Shown here: one piece after another, positions 9,416 to 18,755 of the stretch | Layout of the letters: every line of letters begins with the position of its first letter | How positions within the stretch are numbered: position 1 is the stretch's first letter | Source of the DNA: Bacteriovoracaceae bacterium | Lineage (GTDB): Bacteria; Bdellovibrionota; Bacteriovoracia; Bacteriovoracales; Bacteriovoracaceae | Direction: 5' to 3' | Length of the DNA: 64,000 nt | NCBI GenBank assembly: GCA_048270185.1 | Contig: JBLWTJ010000003.1 | Coordinates: 320,001-384,000 of the forward strand | The notes under the pieces: model-generated | What the model was told of the DNA's origin: nothing | Seen by the model: only the letters and a program-made list of their open reading frames with translations | Database searches by the model: none | Position numbers and translations under genes: made by a program

Positions 9416-9445
9416 AAAAGAGCCTCCCATTAGGAGGCTTTTTTT
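9416..9445. terminator. Bidirectional terminator
   Basis: AAAAGAGCCTCC-CATTA-GGAGGCTTTTTTT between convergent genes. Confidence 0.8.
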
Positions 9446-9450
9446 ATGTC

Positions 9451-10395
9451 TTAATTTCTAGCAATAACTTCGTGACAGAAAACATCTCGATGATCAATTG
9501 AGCGAGACTCTGGAATAACTTGCTTGCAAGCTTCCACTGCAAGTGGGCAGCGGGTGTGAAAATTACATCCAGGAGGTGGATTAAGAGGTGAAGGCAGCTC
9601 TACATTCTTTAGAGGAGGAAATGCCTTAATTACTTCATTATCAACTGCGTGGGCACTCTTTAAGAGAGTCTTTGTATATGGATGGTGAGGATTATTAAAA
9701 ATCACATCACTTTTTCCATACTCACAAACTTTTCCAAGGTACATAACCAGAACTTTGTCTGCGATATAACGAACGACTGATAGGTCGTGAGAGATAAAAA
9801 TATAAGTTAGGTTAAATTCTTCTTGTAAGTCTTTTAATAGATTTAAAACTTGGGCCTGAACAGAAACGTCTAGTGCTGAAACTGGCTCGTCGAGAATGAG
9901 AACCTTAGGCTTGAGAATAAGGGCGCGGGCAATACCTATTCTTTGGCGCTGACCTCCACTAAACATATGTGGGTACTTGTGGGCATGTTCTCTCCTTAGA
10001 CCTACTGTCTCCATAAGTTCACAGGCGCGATCAAATGCTTCAGATTTTGTTACATTCTCATTAATAAGCAGTGGGTCTGCAATAATTTCCCAAGCCTTCT
10101 TACGAGGATTTAAAGATTCAAGAGGATTTTGGAAAACCATTTGAATCGACTTATAAAGTTCTTTAGAAGAGAGAGTGGAAAAGTCTCGGCCACCAATTGT
10201 AATAGTTCCATCTGTTACTTGCTCAAGTGCCATCAGACATTTTGCAAGAGTCGACTTTCCGCAACCAGATTCACCCACAATCCCAAGAGTTGTTTTTTCT
10301 TGGAGAGTAAAGCTTAGTCCGTCGATGGCCTTCACGGCCTTGTCTCCAACTGGATAGTATTTTTTTAAATTACTTACTTTTATTGTATCAATCAT
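9451..10395 (-). CDS. dppF: Dipeptide ABC transporter ATP-binding subunit
   Basis: GESGCGKST, FSGGQRQRIGIARAL, C-terminal PPPGCNFHTRC. Confidence 0.88.
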   Translation of the reverse strand: MIDTIKVSNLKKYYPVGDKAVKAIDGLSFTLQEKTTLGIVGESGCGKSTLAKCLMALEQVTDGTITIGGRDFSTLSSKELYKSIQMVFQNPLESLNPRKKAWEIIADPLLINENVTKSEAFDRACELMETVGLRREHAHKYPHMFSGGQRQRIGIARALILKPKVLILDEPVSALDVSVQAQVLNLLKDLQEEFNLTYIFISHDLSVVRYIADKVLVMYLGKVCEYGKSDVIFNNPHHPYTKTLLKSAHAVDNEVIKAFPPLKNVELPSPLNPPPGCNFHTRCPLAVEACKQVIPESRSIDHRDVFCHEVIARN

Positions 10396-10404
10396 TTTAT
10401 TACC

Positions 10405-11367
10405 TTAATTAAGAGGGTGAATGCAGCGAAGTGAACGATCATTATGAATCACAATCTTTGGTAGCATGTCACATTGTGCTGATGCATATTCACACCTCTT
10501 GCTAAACTGGCAACCTGTAGGACGATTGGCCAGATCAGGAACCATTCCCTTAATAGAGTAAAGTGGTGCATTTATATCATTTGTAAAAGATGGGATCGAT
10601 TTTAGAAGGCCAAATGTATAAGGATGTCTTGGCCCTTCAATGACAGCTTTTGTCGGTCCTTTCTCAATCACTTCACCGGCATACATTACTTGTAGATTAC
10701 GAGTGAAATCTTTTACAACGGCAAGATCGTGAGAAATAAAAATGACGGCCATTCCCGTTTCTTTTTGAATATCAATGATAAGTTCTAAAATTTGTTGTTG
10801 AACAGTTACATCTAGGGCCGTCGTCGGCTCATCGGCAATAAGTAGCTTAGGACTTGAAGCGATGGCCATGGCAATCATCACTCTTTGTGCCATCCCTCCT
10901 GAGAGCTCATGAGGGTAAGACTTCATACGCTCTTTGGGAGCAGGAATTCCGACTTGAATGAGAAGTTTTTCAACTCGTTCTTTACGCTCTTGCTTTGTTA
11001 GCGTTGGCTCGTGAATAATCAGAACTTCTTCAATTTGATTCTCAACAGTGTAGCAAGGGTTTAGTGAACTCATCGCATCTTGAAAGATCATTGAAATATC
11101 GCCGCCGCGAATTTGTTGCCAAGATTTATCATCAAGTTTTTGCAGATCAACATCATTGAAGCTTAGTTCGTCGGCTTCAACAATGGCGTTATCATCTAGG
11201 AGCCCCATGATGGCCATACTTGTAATTGATTTACCACAACCTGACTCACCAACGATACCAAGAGTCTCACCAGCTGCAACATCAAACGAAACATTGCGAA
11301 CAGCGTGGATAGGGCCTTTCTTTGTTTTAAAATGTATATTTAAGTTTTTTACTTTTAATAGACTCAT
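10405..11367 (-). CDS. dppD: Dipeptide ABC transporter ATP-binding subunit
   Basis: GESGCGKS, LSGGMAQRVMIAMA, ADEPTTALD. Confidence 0.88.
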   Translation of the reverse strand: MSLLKVKNLNIHFKTKKGPIHAVRNVSFDVAAGETLGIVGESGCGKSITSMAIMGLLDDNAIVEADELSFNDVDLQKLDDKSWQQIRGGDISMIFQDAMSSLNPCYTVENQIEEVLIIHEPTLTKQERKERVEKLLIQVGIPAPKERMKSYPHELSGGMAQRVMIAMAIASSPKLLIADEPTTALDVTVQQQILELIIDIQKETGMAVIFISHDLAVVKDFTRNLQVMYAGEVIEKGPTKAVIEGPRHPYTFGLLKSIPSFTNDINAPLYSIKGMVPDLANRPTGCQFSKRCEYASAQCDMLPKIVIHNDRSLRCIHPLN

Positions 11368-11381
11368 TTCTACCTATCTTT

Positions 11382-12272
11382 TTATCTTTTTAATTTGGGA
11401 TCAAGGGCATCTCTAAGTCCATCACCAAATAGGTTTAGGCCTAGAACAACCGCAAGAATACAAAGGCCTGGAAGCGTAACTAACCAGGGAGCACTTTGAA
11501 TATAAGGCCTAGCATCACTAAGCATGATTCCCCATTCTGGAGTAGGAGCCTGTACACCAAGGCCTAGGAAACCAAGGGCCGCAGTTGAGAGGATTCCTTC
11601 TGATAGTCCTAACGTTATTTGAACAATCAATGTCGCCATACAATTTGGAAGTATTTCTCTAAGCATAATGCGAATAGGAGAGGCACCAAATGTTTTTGCC
11701 GCTTGAACATATTGAAGACCTTTAATTTCCATGACGTTTGCACGAATGAGTCTTGTAAATGAAGGAACACTAACTAGTGCTACTGCAAAGACTGCATTCA
11801 TAAGCCCTGGCCCAATAACTGAGACAACAATGATAGCTAGTAAGATGCTTGGATAGGCCATGAGTATATCAATAAACCTCATGATAACTGTATCAGTCTT
11901 TCCCCCAAAGTAACCAGCAAGTAAACCAAGTACTGTCCCGATTAGTGTTGAAATAAAGACAATTGAGATACCTACAAAGAGAGAAACTTGAGCACCGTAG
12001 ATTAGTCGAGATAGAACATCTCGTCCTAGATCATCTGTACCGAGAAGAAATTTTACACTTCCTCCTTCTGACCAGATTGGTGGAATTCTAAGTTCTCCTG
12101 GAAAGATTTCACTTGCTCCATGAGGAGCAATAATTGGAGCAGCAATGGCAATTAAAATAAAGCCTAGAACGAGTGCCAGGCCAAAGACCGCACCTTTATT
12201 ATCACTGAAATGATCCCAGAAATCTTTTAGTAATTCTTTATTCGTAATATTTGATTTTGTTAATTCACTCAT
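11382..12272 (-). CDS. dppC: Dipeptide ABC transporter permease
   Basis: LGTDDLGRDVLSRLIYG, PTPEWG, GDGLRDALDPK. Confidence 0.88.
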   Translation of the reverse strand: MSELTKSNITNKELLKDFWDHFSDNKGAVFGLALVLGFILIAIAAPIIAPHGASEIFPGELRIPPIWSEGGSVKFLLGTDDLGRDVLSRLIYGAQVSLFVGISIVFISTLIGTVLGLLAGYFGGKTDTVIMRFIDILMAYPSILLAIIVVSVIGPGLMNAVFAVALVSVPSFTRLIRANVMEIKGLQYVQAAKTFGASPIRIMLREILPNCMATLIVQITLGLSEGILSTAALGFLGLGVQAPTPEWGIMLSDARPYIQSAPWLVTLPGLCILAVVLGLNLFGDGLRDALDPKLKR

Positions 12273-12284
12273 ATTATTTTCCGC

Positions 12285-13310
12285 TTAATTTCCACTGGCA
12301 ATTTTTGGATTGACGATTGAGTAGATGATATCAACACACATATTGATGAAGATAACCATCAGGGCAATAAAGAGGATTCCTCCTTGAATCACTGGATAGT
12401 CGCGAGCATGAATACTTGCAACTAGCCAGCGGCCAATACCTGGCCATGAAAAAATAGTTTCAGTAAGAATCGCTCCAGTAATGATACTTCCAAAGAGAAG
12501 GCCAATAACAGTCACGATTGGAATGAGGGCATTTCGAACAGCGTGCTTCCAAATAATTTTTTGATAACTTTGGCCTTTGGCCTTTGCTGTTTGAATATAA
12601 GGGGCCTTTAATACTTCCAGAACACTTGAGCGAGTCATACGCGAAATAACCGCAAGAGGAATTGTTCCCATGGCAATTGTCGGTAGGATTAAATGCTTGA
12701 GTGCCGAATTAAAAGGCGCAAATCCATCAAATGAAATGACATCTGGATTTAGAGTATCGATTAACATAAAACCAGTTAGGCGAGGGACATCAAAGAGAAC
12801 ATCCATGCGACCTGAAACAGGAGTTATTCCCATATTAACAGAGAAGATAATAATGAGGATGAGTCCCCACCAAAAAATAGGCATCGAGTAACCGACGAGA
12901 GAAGTTCCCATAAGAACATAGTCAACGAGTGAGTTTCTCTTAATTGCCGCGTACACTCCTGCCGGTATTCCTATAAGGATAGCAAAAATCATGGCACAAA
13001 TTCCAAGCTCTAGAGTTGCTGGAAAGCGCGAAAAGAACTCGTTAACAACAGTTTGTTTTGTGACAATTGAGACTCCAAAGTCGCCACTAAAAACATTTCC
13101 CATGTAGACAAGGTATTGCTCTAAGATAGGCTTATCAAGTCCTAGGGTTTGTTGCATGGCCTTGTAAACAGCAGGATCAGCTCCACGCTCTCCTAAGAGA
13201 AGAAGGACAGGATCTCCTGGTACAAGTCTTACAACGATGAATGAAAATAAACTAATCCCGATGACAGTCGGGATTAGTTGTAAAAAACGTTTCTTTAAAA
13301 AATTCTTCAT
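12285..13310 (-). CDS. dppB: Dipeptide ABC transporter permease
   Basis: LVPGDPV, RFPATLEL, RMTRSSVLEVL, RDYPVIQG. Confidence 0.88.
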   Translation of the reverse strand: MKNFLKKRFLQLIPTVIGISLFSFIVVRLVPGDPVLLLLGERGADPAVYKAMQQTLGLDKPILEQYLVYMGNVFSGDFGVSIVTKQTVVNEFFSRFPATLELGICAMIFAILIGIPAGVYAAIKRNSLVDYVLMGTSLVGYSMPIFWWGLILIIIFSVNMGITPVSGRMDVLFDVPRLTGFMLIDTLNPDVISFDGFAPFNSALKHLILPTIAMGTIPLAVISRMTRSSVLEVLKAPYIQTAKAKGQSYQKIIWKHAVRNALIPIVTVIGLLFGSIITGAILTETIFSWPGIGRWLVASIHARDYPVIQGGILFIALMVIFINMCVDIIYSIVNPKIASGN

Positions 13311-13315
13311 AATAA

Positions 13316-14917
13316 TTATTCGAGACTTACCTTATCAAAGATATCATTTCCTAGTGGGTGAATTTTGTAGCCTTTAACATTGCTTCTCATTGCTCTGTGA
13401 ACTGTTGAATGGAAAAGAGTAATCCATGGAACATCTTTCTTAAAGATCTCTTGGGCCTTTAGGTAGTGTGGCGTTCTATCTTTACGTTCACTTAATCGCT
13501 TGGCCGCAGTGACTTCTGTATCGTATTCTTTATTACACCAGTTTGCATAATTTGAACCGGCCTTTGCTCCTTCACAGCTTAGTAGCATATAGAGGAAATT
13601 ATCTGGGTCGCCATTATCACCAGTCCAACCCATCTGTAGCATAGCGTGTTCACCTGCATGAGCTTTCTTAAGATATGTTGGCCAGTCGTAAGTAATGAGT
13701 TCTACTTCAATCCCTACTTTTGAAAGATCTTCTTGCATTAGTTCACCCATCTTCTTTCCATTTGGATTATATGGGCGTGACACAGGTAGAGTCCAAAGAG
13801 TTGTTTTAAAACCATTTGGAAGGCCTGCTTTCTTTAGTTCTTCTTTTGCTTTTTCAATATTGAAATTATGATCTTTAATATCGTTATTATATCCCCAAAT
13901 TGTTGGTGGCATTGGATTCTTCGCAACTGTTGCAAACCCTAAATAGATTGGTTCAATATATGTACTACGATTGAGGGCATAGTTAATAGCACGTCTTACG
14001 TGGATATTATCAAATGGCTTCTTTTGCGTGTTTAGGGCAAGGTATCCAATATTAAGACCAGGCCCTTCTAGAACTTCGATATTCTTGTCAGCTCTAAGTG
14101 CCGCAATATCTGTTGGAGCTGGTTGAGTGGCGAGGTGACATTCTCCGGCCGTAAGCTTTTGAGTTCTTACTGAAGCATCTGGTGTGATTGAGAAAACCAT
14201 TCTTTCAACTTTTGGAGCACCACCAAAGTATTCTTTGTTGGCCGTGTAGCGAATCATTGTGTCTTTTTGGTATGAACCATAGATAAATGGACCAGTTCCT
14301 ACTGGTAAACGATCATACTCTTCTGGAGTTCCCGCCGCTAACATACTTTCTCCGTATTCGCGAGATAGAATACTTGTGAATGCCATGGCGAAATTTGCTA
14401 GCAGTGGAGCTTCTGGATGGTGAAGTGTGATGACAACTTGGTGAGAATCAGTCTTTGCAATATCTTTAATGATATTAGACATTCCCATTCCATCCCAGTA
14501 TTCATAAATACCACCGCTAACTTTATTATACGGATGATCTTTTTTAAACATTCGATTAAATGACCATACAACGTCACTTGCATCTAGCTCTCTCGTTGGT
14601 TTGAAGTATTTAGTTGTATGAAATTTAACTCCCTTTCTAATATTGAAAGTGTAAGTTAGTTGATCTTGAGATACTGTCCAACTTTCAGCAAGAGAAGGGA
14701 TAATATTTGTCGTCCCAGTTTCAAATTTAACTAGTCGATTAAATAGTGGGTAGGCTGCAGCATTGTGTGAAGGCCCATCTGTTAAAAACTGAGGGTTAAA
14801 TCCCGAAGGTGAACCCTCTGAACAATAAACAAAGGTCTTAGTGTTTGTTCCTTTCTTCCCAGAACAAGACACAAGTAAAGAGGCCAGCATTACTGACGCC
14901 ATAAGGATTTTAAGCAT
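13316..14917 (-). CDS. dppA: Dipeptide ABC transporter substrate-binding lipoprotein
   Basis: Lipobox LVSC, VYCSEGSPSGFNP, RPYNPN, GWTGDNGDPDNF. Confidence 0.9.
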   Translation of the reverse strand: MLKILMASVMLASLLVSCSGKKGTNTKTFVYCSEGSPSGFNPQFLTDGPSHNAAAYPLFNRLVKFETGTTNIIPSLAESWTVSQDQLTYTFNIRKGVKFHTTKYFKPTRELDASDVVWSFNRMFKKDHPYNKVSGGIYEYWDGMGMSNIIKDIAKTDSHQVVITLHHPEAPLLANFAMAFTSILSREYGESMLAAGTPEEYDRLPVGTGPFIYGSYQKDTMIRYTANKEYFGGAPKVERMVFSITPDASVRTQKLTAGECHLATQPAPTDIAALRADKNIEVLEGPGLNIGYLALNTQKKPFDNIHVRRAINYALNRSTYIEPIYLGFATVAKNPMPPTIWGYNNDIKDHNFNIEKAKEELKKAGLPNGFKTTLWTLPVSRPYNPNGKKMGELMQEDLSKVGIEVELITYDWPTYLKKAHAGEHAMLQMGWTGDNGDPDNFLYMLLSCEGAKAGSNYANWCNKEYDTEVTAAKRLSERKDRTPHYLKAQEIFKKDVPWITLFHSTVHRAMRSNVKGYKIHPLGNDIFDKVSLE

Positions 14918-15219
14918 TTCTTCGCTCCCTTTAAGAAATTTTCAATTATAAATAAATTTAGTAAATGATACGTAGCAAATAATCTAACGTAAATAGCGCA
15001 TTGTGGCATCATTTGGTAAATTTAATTGAGGGATTACTTAGCGAAACATAGGCCTTAGGCACATGTTGCGATTGAAAAACTTTCTTAGCTCCCTAATTCT
15101 AAAAAAGTCAGTGTGTTTATTTATGTGTGTATTTGGTTCTCCTGACCTCCCATACTGGTCGGTCGGCGTTGCTCGGCTTCATTTTGCCTTCGTGGCAAAT
15201 GACGCCTCCAAAATGAGAA

Positions 15220-15252
15220 GCGGGCCTTAAATCAGATTGATCTAAGGCCCGC
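15220..15252 (-). terminator. Hairpin downstream of the Cys-rich protein gene
   Basis: GCGGGCCTTA...TAAGGCCCGC perfect 10-bp stem; weak U-tract. Confidence 0.55.
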
Positions 15253-15266
15253 AGTAATTTATTTAA

Positions 15267-16508
15267 TTAGAATTTTGCTTTTGTATCTAATTCATAAGTC
15301 TTTGACTTAAGTGTCTGCCCTGGAACTTTTGATTCAAGAGGGAAGACAGTGATTGTAACTTTTAGTTTACGAGATTTTTCAAACGCTCTAAAAAGTCCTC
15401 TCTTAATCTTTTCAAATCCATGCTTAGAAAGCTCTTCTTTAAGTAGGATATTTCCATTTTCAAGAAGTGTTTTTTCGAAAGTTAGTAGATCAATTGTCTT
15501 TTTAAAATGGATCTCTTTCTTTTCTTTGTCATAGATTACGATTTCAGCTTTAAGCTCTTTCATTGCTTCAAATGAAGATACTTCAAGTTCAAACTTACCT
15601 TTAACACCAACTTTAACACTCTTTGGAGTTACTAGAAGTGGAGCTTTTGCTTCATCTAGGTCAAAGAATTCAACTTTAAGAGTCGATTCGTAGTTGTAGT
15701 CAGATGTCTTATTAAAGTCTGCAACTTGAAAATTAACTTGAGTCGAAGCCTGATTTAAGTTTTCAACTAGAGTTTCAAAGCTCTTCATTTCTTTTGAGAA
15801 GTTTAGAGTAAAGTTTGCATCTGCTTTATCAAGTGCACCGATGTATTGAACTTTTACTTTGTGAGTTACATTTTCTTTTTCAGTGTATGGAACAGTTTCG
15901 TACTTAGTACATGCATATGGCTCTGAACGATACTTTGTAACATTACGACATACATATCTTTGGTATGGAACGTTTGAACATACGTTGCGATCTGGTTCTC
16001 TATGACAACGTTGAACTGGACGGTTGCTACATACGTAGTCTCTGTATGGCTCTTGGCTACATGTTTGACGTCCTGGCTTTGTTTCACAAACACGACGCCC
16101 TGGTCTTGTTTTACATTCTTGTCTACCGTTTACTGTACGACAAACTCTTTGTGGACTAGTTGTGTGACACTCTTGGCGAGAAGGACCAGTTGTACAACGA
16201 CGACGGTACTTTGTTTCGTAACGACAGTCACGCTCATATTCTGTGCGACATACATTGCGTCCTGGTTCCCAACGACATTCGCGGCGGTAATCAGTTTCGT
16301 ATCCACACTCTTCTGTTTGGTATGGAACTTGGTTATAGCATGTACCTTGATATGGCTCTTGCTTATACTTAGTAACATCTATTTCTTTTGATAATACTTG
16401 AACATCATTGTCACCACCATTGAACGAAAAGTTTAATGAGTGATCTTGGGCCTGTGCCCCTGAAAGTGTAAGCACAAAGAATACAAGTGCTAAAACCGAT
16501 TTAAACAT
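15267..16508 (-). CDS. Secreted protein with a 16-Cys repeat region and a C-terminal beta-rich domain
   Basis: Signal peptide MFKSVLALVFFVLTLSGAQA; repeated C-x(7-9)-C units rich in R/Y/T/E; GGGGG RBS. Confidence 0.75.
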   Translation of the reverse strand: MFKSVLALVFFVLTLSGAQAQDHSLNFSFNGGDNDVQVLSKEIDVTKYKQEPYQGTCYNQVPYQTEECGYETDYRRECRWEPGRNVCRTEYERDCRYETKYRRRCTTGPSRQECHTTSPQRVCRTVNGRQECKTRPGRRVCETKPGRQTCSQEPYRDYVCSNRPVQRCHREPDRNVCSNVPYQRYVCRNVTKYRSEPYACTKYETVPYTEKENVTHKVKVQYIGALDKADANFTLNFSKEMKSFETLVENLNQASTQVNFQVADFNKTSDYNYESTLKVEFFDLDEAKAPLLVTPKSVKVGVKGKFELEVSSFEAMKELKAEIVIYDKEKKEIHFKKTIDLLTFEKTLLENGNILLKEELSKHGFEKIKRGLFRAFEKSRKLKVTITVFPLESKVPGQTLKSKTYELDTKAKF

Positions 16509-16707
16509 ACATCCCCCTTAAGAATATTGATTACTTCTTTTAGCGAGATTTGCCTTGGTAAGACAAAAAAAATCTAAGTTAATGAAAGTATGTGGTGTAA
16601 TTGTAAGATAATGTAAGAAAAATGACAGGGTATTTTTGAGTAATTTTGAATTGTTGGTTAGAAAATGGCCCCACTTTCAGTTCGTGAGGCCTTGTATTTT
16701 TTACAAA

Positions 16708-17817
16708 TTATCCAAGATTGAGTGGAGTATATTCAAGTTCTAGGTCTTCAGCTACTTGCTTATAAACTAGCTTACCTTTATAGATATTGATCCCTTTCTT
16801 AAATGCATCATCCATCATTGCTGATTCTTCTACACCGTGTTTTGCAATCATTCTTGCATACTTAAGAGTTACGTTTGTAAGTGCATAAGTTGAAGTCTGA
16901 GCAACAGCTCCTGGCATATTAGCAACACAGTAGTGTACAACACCATCTACTAGGAAAGTTGGATTTTGGTGAGTTGTTGGCTTACAAGTTTCAATACATC
17001 CACCTTGATCAACAGCAATATCAACAACTACAGATCCTTTTTCCATTTTAGAGATCATCTCTCTTGTTACTAGTTTTGGAGCTTTTGCACCTGGAACTAG
17101 AACTGCACCAATAACAAGATCTGAGTCTTGTACTGATTTCTCAATATTTTCGATATTTGAGAATAGAGTTGTGATTCTGTTATCAAATAGGTCATCAAGT
17201 TCAGCAAGACGCTTAGTTGATAGATCGATTGCAGTTACATCTGCACCCATACCCATGGCCATCTTAATTGCGTTAGTTCCAGCAACACCACATCCGATAA
17301 CAGTTACTTTTGCTCTTCTTGTTCCCGGTACACCACCAAGAAGAATACCTTTTCCTCCGTGATCTAGTTGAAGGTAAGCAGCACCAATTTGAGTTGCCAT
17401 TCTACCTGCAACTTCTGACATAGGAGTTAGAAGAGGAAGTGAACCATCAGCTGGTTGAATTGTTTCATAGGCAATACAAGTTGATCCTGACTCCATAAGG
17501 CCTCGAGTTTGTGGCTCGTCAGCTGCAAGGTGTAGGTATGTGTAAAGAATATGGTGTGGTTTTAAAAGAGCGATCTCTCTTGGTTGAGGCTCTTTAACTT
17601 TAATGATCATTGTTGATTTTTCAAATACTTCTTCAAGTGATGGAAGAATCTTAGCTCCCGCTTGAATATATTGTTCGTCGTCAATACCGATTCCAACACC
17701 AGCATTTGTTTCAACATATACTTCGTGACCGTCGTGGATAAGTTGTCTTACACCACCTGGAACAAGTCCTACACGGTTTTCGTTATTTTTAATTTCCTTT
17801 GGAACACCAATAATCAT
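16708..17817 (-). CDS. ald: Alanine dehydrogenase
   Basis: MIIGVPKEIKNNENRV, KVKEP, PMSEVAGR, DIAVDQGGCIET, HYCVANMPGAV. Confidence 0.96.
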   Translation of the reverse strand: MIIGVPKEIKNNENRVGLVPGGVRQLIHDGHEVYVETNAGVGIGIDDEQYIQAGAKILPSLEEVFEKSTMIIKVKEPQPREIALLKPHHILYTYLHLAADEPQTRGLMESGSTCIAYETIQPADGSLPLLTPMSEVAGRMATQIGAAYLQLDHGGKGILLGGVPGTRRAKVTVIGCGVAGTNAIKMAMGMGADVTAIDLSTKRLAELDDLFDNRITTLFSNIENIEKSVQDSDLVIGAVLVPGAKAPKLVTREMISKMEKGSVVVDIAVDQGGCIETCKPTTHQNPTFLVDGVVHYCVANMPGAVAQTSTYALTNVTLKYARMIAKHGVEESAMMDDAFKKGINIYKGKLVYKQVAEDLELEYTPLNLG

Positions 17818-17903
17818 ACAAACTCCAAATTGCTTTGAGGGCGTTAAAATACTAAAAAATTAATGAGCAGAATATAAATGTTTTCACTTGCTATTACAAT
17901 CAA

Positions 17904-18692
17904 TTATCCATTGATTTTCAGGCCATCATAGGCAACTTTGACGTTTCCTGATGGAAAATGATCATCACATAATTGTTGCAGATAGTCGTGTTCAAGCTCA
18001 TGGCCCATGTGTGTCAAATAATTATTCTTTGCTCCAATTGCTTTGATATACTTGAAGCATTTTTCAACATTTAGGTGAGTTCGATGCGGCTGCTCTCTTA
18101 CACAGTCAATTATTAAATTATTGAGATTCAAATCTCTTAGACTAGACACTACTTCTTCAGGGATTTCATGGCAGTCAGAGATGATTGCTACTCCATGAGT
18201 TGTCATTCCAAGAGAGAAGCCATTACCGTGGGGGAGTTTGAAAAAGCGACATTCTAAGCCTTTTATATTTACAGGCATAGATATATCTAATTCATTAAGA
18301 TTAACTTGAGGCCTCGTTCCAATATGATCAGCGTCCTGTTTAATGATGTAGCTAAAGCGATGCTTGATAACTGCCGCGCATTCTTGCGAAGTATAAAGGT
18401 CAATTGGTCGGGTAAATGTATAAGGCCTGATATCATCAATTCCATTAAGGTGATCTGCGTGAGCGTGTGATATAATGACAGCATCTAATTGCAGGATATT
18501 TTCTCTAAGCATTTGAGCACGAATATCAGGGCCAGTATCATAGACGATATTATTACCCTCAAATTGCAATAAGAATGAGGTACGTAAACGGGTGTTTAAT
18601 GGATTAGCACTGGTACATACATGACATTGACAGCCAAGCATTGGCAGTCCTGTACTAGTTCCTGTTCCTAAGAATGTCATTGATAATTTCAT
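17904..18692 (-). CDS. PhnP-like metallo-beta-lactamase-fold hydrolase
   Basis: LGTGTSTGLP..GC.C..C, DTGPD, SHAHADHLNG, THMGH. Confidence 0.85.
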   Translation of the reverse strand: MKLSMTFLGTGTSTGLPMLGCQCHVCTSANPLNTRLRTSFLLQFEGNNIVYDTGPDIRAQMLRENILQLDAVIISHAHADHLNGIDDIRPYTFTRPIDLYTSQECAAVIKHRFSYIIKQDADHIGTRPQVNLNELDISMPVNIKGLECRFFKLPHGNGFSLGMTTHGVAIISDCHEIPEEVVSSLRDLNLNNLIIDCVREQPHRTHLNVEKCFKYIKAIGAKNNYLTHMGHELEHDYLQQLCDDHFPSGNVKVAYDGLKING

Positions 18693-18755
18693 AAGTTTAT
18701 ATTGCCAAGAAATTTATAACTTTTTAAGCTATTTATATTAACTTTTATTGGAGAT

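Noticed and set aside
7703..9445. Similar AGCCTCCCA..GGAGGCT hairpins at 7703-7731 and 9416-9445 as a repeat family
   Set aside because: Both sit directly after stop codons with U-tracts and are adequately explained as ordinary terminators.
15040..15260. Possible c-di-GMP-I or other known riboswitch upstream of dppA
   Set aside because: The expected GGCAAAC, GAAA tetraloop and GACGCAAA elements are not present in order on either strand; kept only as an unassigned structured element.
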